Virus record (IMG/VR): IMGVR_UViG_3300022916_000006
Coordinates: 54,746-118,745 of that record
Strand: one strand, 5' to 3'
Source: a virus
Length of the DNA: 64,000 nucleotides
In this document: positions 61,733 through 64,000 of the stretch, in pieces
Layout: the number at the start of each line of letters is the position of its first letter
Position numbering within the stretch: the first letter of the stretch is position 1
Notes under the pieces: model-generated
The model's input: only the letters and a program-made list of their open reading frames with translations
Databases searched by the model: none
Told to the model about the DNA's origin: nothing
Position numbers and translations under genes: made by a program

Positions 61733-61778
61733 GGTCTTTTAAACCATTGGTCGTCGGGTTCAAATCCCACCGCACCTA
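61733..61778 (+). pseudogene. 3' half of split tRNA-Lys(TTT)
   Basis: GGT-CTTTTAA-ACCAT-TGGTC-GTCGGG-TTCAAAT-CCCAC-CGCACCT-A begins immediately after the nuclease stop. Confidence 0.85.
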
Positions 61779-61783
61779 CAAAT

Positions 61784-62160
61784 ATGAAGTACTATATAAT
61801 ATCACATAGAGAAGATGATAAAGGTGATCCTCTAATATCTGATGCAATTGATTTAAATGAAGCAAAAGATTTATTAGCTGAAATTATGGATGCTTTTACT
61901 GGGAGTATAATTTTTCCAGATGCTACATCAGATGATTTTGAAATCGTTGATGAAAATGAAGCAGTGGCATATTTGTTATGAAATATGTTTTAAAATATAC
62001 TATAGATGGTGAATATGTAAGTAAAGATTGTGATACTTATGTATCTAAAATGAGAGATGCTATAGTATTTGATTTAAAAGAAGATGCTGAATCTGAAGCT
62101 GGTGTGACGGAGCGTATAATCGAAATGACAGATGCAGAATATATAGTTAAAATATTATGA
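61784..62160 (+). other. MKYY family pair (61784-61981, 61978-62160)
   Basis: Shared motifs. Confidence 0.85.
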
Positions 62161-62429
62161 AGAAGAAAACTGATATCAAGAAAATTCATATTAAATCCAA
62201 TGGTAGTTTTTTTATGAAATCGAAAGATATTTTCGATGATAAAGAGAAATCATTAAAACTTATTAAAAAATTACAAAAGAGTGTTGATCATTATATAGGA
62301 AAAACTAATAAATATAAATGTAAACATTGTAAAAAAATAGTAGAACGTGATAGTGATAAACAATGGATTAAAAGTTATTGTGATGTGACTGGAAAGAATG
62401 TACATTTGATATTGATAAAGAAAAAATAA
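62157..62429 (+). CDS. Hypothetical basic protein with CxxC...C
   Basis: ATGA overlap; CKHC...YCDVTG. Confidence 0.65.
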   Translation: MKKKTDIKKIHIKSNGSFFMKSKDIFDDKEKSLKLIKKLQKSVDHYIGKTNKYKCKHCKKIVERDSDKQWIKSYCDVTGKNVHLILIKKK

Positions 62430-62433
62430 AAAT

Positions 62434-62517
62434 GGCTGATTGGTGGAATTGGTATACACGCTGGCCTTAGGTCCCAGTATCCGAAAGGGTGTAAGAGTTC
62501 GAGTCTCTTATCAGCTA
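62434..62517 (+). tRNA. trnL: tRNA-Leu(TAG)
   Basis: GGCTGAT/ATCAGCT; CTTAGGT loop; long variable arm. Confidence 0.88.
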
Positions 62518-62530
62518 CATGAAAACATAT

Positions 62531-62606
62531 GCCTCAGTATCGCCTCGGATTTCTAACCCGTAGAAAGCGTAACGGACACATAAAGGTTCGAATCCTTTCT
62601 GGGGTA
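62531..62606 (+). tRNA. D-armless tRNA-like RNA with TCT (Arg) anticodon
   Basis: GCCTCAG/CTGGGGT; CGGA-TTTCTAA-CCCG; AAAGG-TTCGAAT-CCTTT; only about 7 nt where the D arm should be. Confidence 0.65.
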
Positions 62607-62628
62607 CAAGTAATTGCGAATTACGTAT

Positions 62629-62708
62629 ATAATAATATATTGTCTAGTAGTCAATTCCAATGACTTTAATATTTCCTATGGATGGAAAGCTAGATGATGT
62701 GTTATTAT
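62629..62708 (+). ncRNA. Unassigned three-way-junction RNA
   Basis: 19-bp closing helix with G-U pairs; AGTCA-ATTCCAA-TGACT and TTTCC-TATGGAT-GGAAA hairpins. Confidence 0.5.
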
Positions 62709-62729
62709 CTGAATAAAATAAAAAATTAT

Positions 62730-62763
62730 GCTGACATTACCTAAGCGGTCGACAGCAGGATTT
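62730..62763 (+). pseudogene. 5' half of a split tRNA (tentatively Thr TGT)
   Basis: GCTGACA acceptor strand perfectly complementary to 63921-63927; AAGCGGTCG D-loop-like segment; ends CAGGATTT. Confidence 0.75.
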
Positions 62764-62770
62764 ATATAAT

Positions 62771-62844
62771 GCTTCTATATGCTTAACTGGAAAAGCAACT
62801 GCCTTGTAAGCAGAAGTTCGGGGTTCGGTTCCTCGTAGAAGCCC
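62771..62844 (+). tRNA. trnT: tRNA-Thr(TGT), intact, inside the insertion
   Basis: GCTTCTA/TAGAAGC; CTGC-CTTGTAA-GCAG; CGGGG-TTCGGTT-CCTCG. Confidence 0.85.
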
Positions 62845-62926
62845 AACAAAAAAAAATTGAAAAAAGTAGTTCGATTTTCATTGTTGGCTTATATTTATAT
62901 ATATATATAAGAACGGAGAATTGAAT

Positions 62927-63877
62927 ATGTATAAATGTAAATATTGTAATAAAGAATGTAAAACGTATCAGTCGTTAGGTGGTCATACAGTCAAATGTAA
63001 TGATAATCCGAAAAAAGATGAGTATATAAAAAAAGCTAATAAAGCAAAAACACACGAACGAAATGAATATGAATTTGAGTGTAAAAAATGTAATAAAATA
63101 TATAGCGTAGAATTAACTGAAAATCAATTAAAGAAAAATCAATTTAAAAAGCACTGTAGCAGAGCGTGTGCGAATAGTAGAACCTGGTCAGATGAAGATA
63201 AAGTTAAAAAAAGTATAAGTAGTAAAACATCTAATTTTGTACGAGAATCACGAGAAAATAGATGGAAAGACTATAAAAAGAAAGTAAAAAAGGTAAGGGC
63301 TAGTTCATATATTAAGGTTAAAAATCCTAAAAAGCCTGGACCTATGCGAGCCGTGAGACGTATTGTATATTGTAAACATTGTAATGTTAAATTTGAAGTA
63401 TATAATAAATCAATTCAAAAGTTTTGTTCACAGCCATGTTCGAATGATTTTAGACGTGCAAATAAATCGTATAAAAAAATGATGAGTGAACAAATGAAAT
63501 TACAATATAAAAATGGTCGTAAAATATATGGTGGGCACGACAATGTTAAGTGGTATGAATATAATGGAATTAAAGTGCACGGTACGTGGGAATTGCGAAC
63601 TTGTAAAATTTTAGATAAGTGGAAACGAATTGGTAAAATTATAAATTGGGAATATGAATCAACACTACATAGATTTCAATATGTAAATGATACTGGACAA
63701 CATACATATATACCAGATTTTGCGATTTATAATGTTGATGGTACAGTTAGTATTCTTGAAATAAAGGGATTGAAGCGTGATGATGTTGATTTAAAAACAA
63801 AATCAACATTAAAAGCTGGATATCAAATTGAAATTTGGGATGATATTAAAACAATAAAAAGATATGAGTTGGAGTAA
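62927..63877 (+). CDS. Putative homing endonuclease: multiple Zn fingers plus C-terminal PD-(D/E)XK domain
   Basis: CKYC...H...C, CKKC...CSRAC, CKHC...CSQPC; GTWE...YIPDF...LEIKG; GGAG RBS (start corrected from TTG 62921). Confidence 0.8.
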   Translation: MYKCKYCNKECKTYQSLGGHTVKCNDNPKKDEYIKKANKAKTHERNEYEFECKKCNKIYSVELTENQLKKNQFKKHCSRACANSRTWSDEDKVKKSISSKTSNFVRESRENRWKDYKKKVKKVRASSYIKVKNPKKPGPMRAVRRIVYCKHCNVKFEVYNKSIQKFCSQPCSNDFRRANKSYKKMMSEQMKLQYKNGRKIYGGHDNVKWYEYNGIKVHGTWELRTCKILDKWKRIGKIINWEYESTLHRFQYVNDTGQHTYIPDFAIYNVDGTVSILEIKGLKRDDVDLKTKSTLKAGYQIEIWDDIKTIKRYELE

Positions 63878-63928
63878 TCAGGTGGATAGATAAGTTCTCC
63901 CACGTAGGTTCGAATCCTACTGTCAGCT
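63874..63928 (+). pseudogene. 3' half of a split tRNA (tentatively Thr TGT)
   Basis: GTAA-TCAGG-long variable arm-GTAGG-TTCGAAT-CCTAC-TGTCAGC-T. Confidence 0.8.
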
Positions 63929-64000
63929 CAAATAAAAAGGAAAAAAATGACTGATCTAAAAGAAAAACTAATAGCACTTGCTGTTGTAGTATTTTGTGTT

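Noticed and set aside
1370-62160. Diversity-generating retroelement
   Set aside because: No reverse transcriptase, and no near-identical template/variable pair differing only at adenines was seen.
60709-63928. tRNA halves as trans-spliced split tRNAs or self-splicing introns
   Set aside because: No long complementary leader/trailer or bulge-helix-bulge, no group I/II core visible, and each insert carries an intact same-anticodon tRNA that makes splicing unnecessary; not experimentally excluded.
1-64000. Stop-codon reassignment joining the small ORFs into long proteins
   Set aside because: Successive ORFs are in different frames (4-nt overlaps); TAA, TGA and TAG all end long conserved genes; no suppressor tRNA was found.

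Overview
AT-rich (roughly 28% GC by eye) 64-kb segment of a large bacteriophage genome. Every credible gene is on the + strand, with standard stop codons and AGGA/GGAG ribosome-binding sites. The dominant feature is an expansion of 97 (my count) small paralogous genes, mostly 60-105 aa, in 11 blocks. They share an N-terminal MKYY(I/V) motif, a central W...F-x-S/T-x-x-(E/D)A motif and a C-terminal (I/V)(S/T/N/D)E-x-E-L-(V/I)-A-x-L-L-stop tail, and are chained by ATGA/GTGA stop-start overlaps. Interspersed are promoter-led islands (about 14 copies of a TTG-N20/21-TAnnTTT promoter plus leader), two MoxR-type AAA+/vWA pairs, a GT2 glycosyltransferase, a degenerate HNH protein, a radical SAM pair, a 4x HTH regulator, a PRS-like/kinase-HAD/NAMPT-like NAD locus and an SPFH protein. 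The last 7 kb is a tRNA cluster with several non-canonical tRNAs and orphan structured RNAs. It also holds two tRNA genes each split by a ~1-kb cassette that carries a Zn-finger/PD-(D/E)XK nuclease gene and an intact, sequence-unrelated tRNA of the same anticodon (Lys clear, Thr tentative). No integrase, reverse transcriptase, cas gene or virion structural gene was recognised. All family assignments are from motif reading; no database searches were run.
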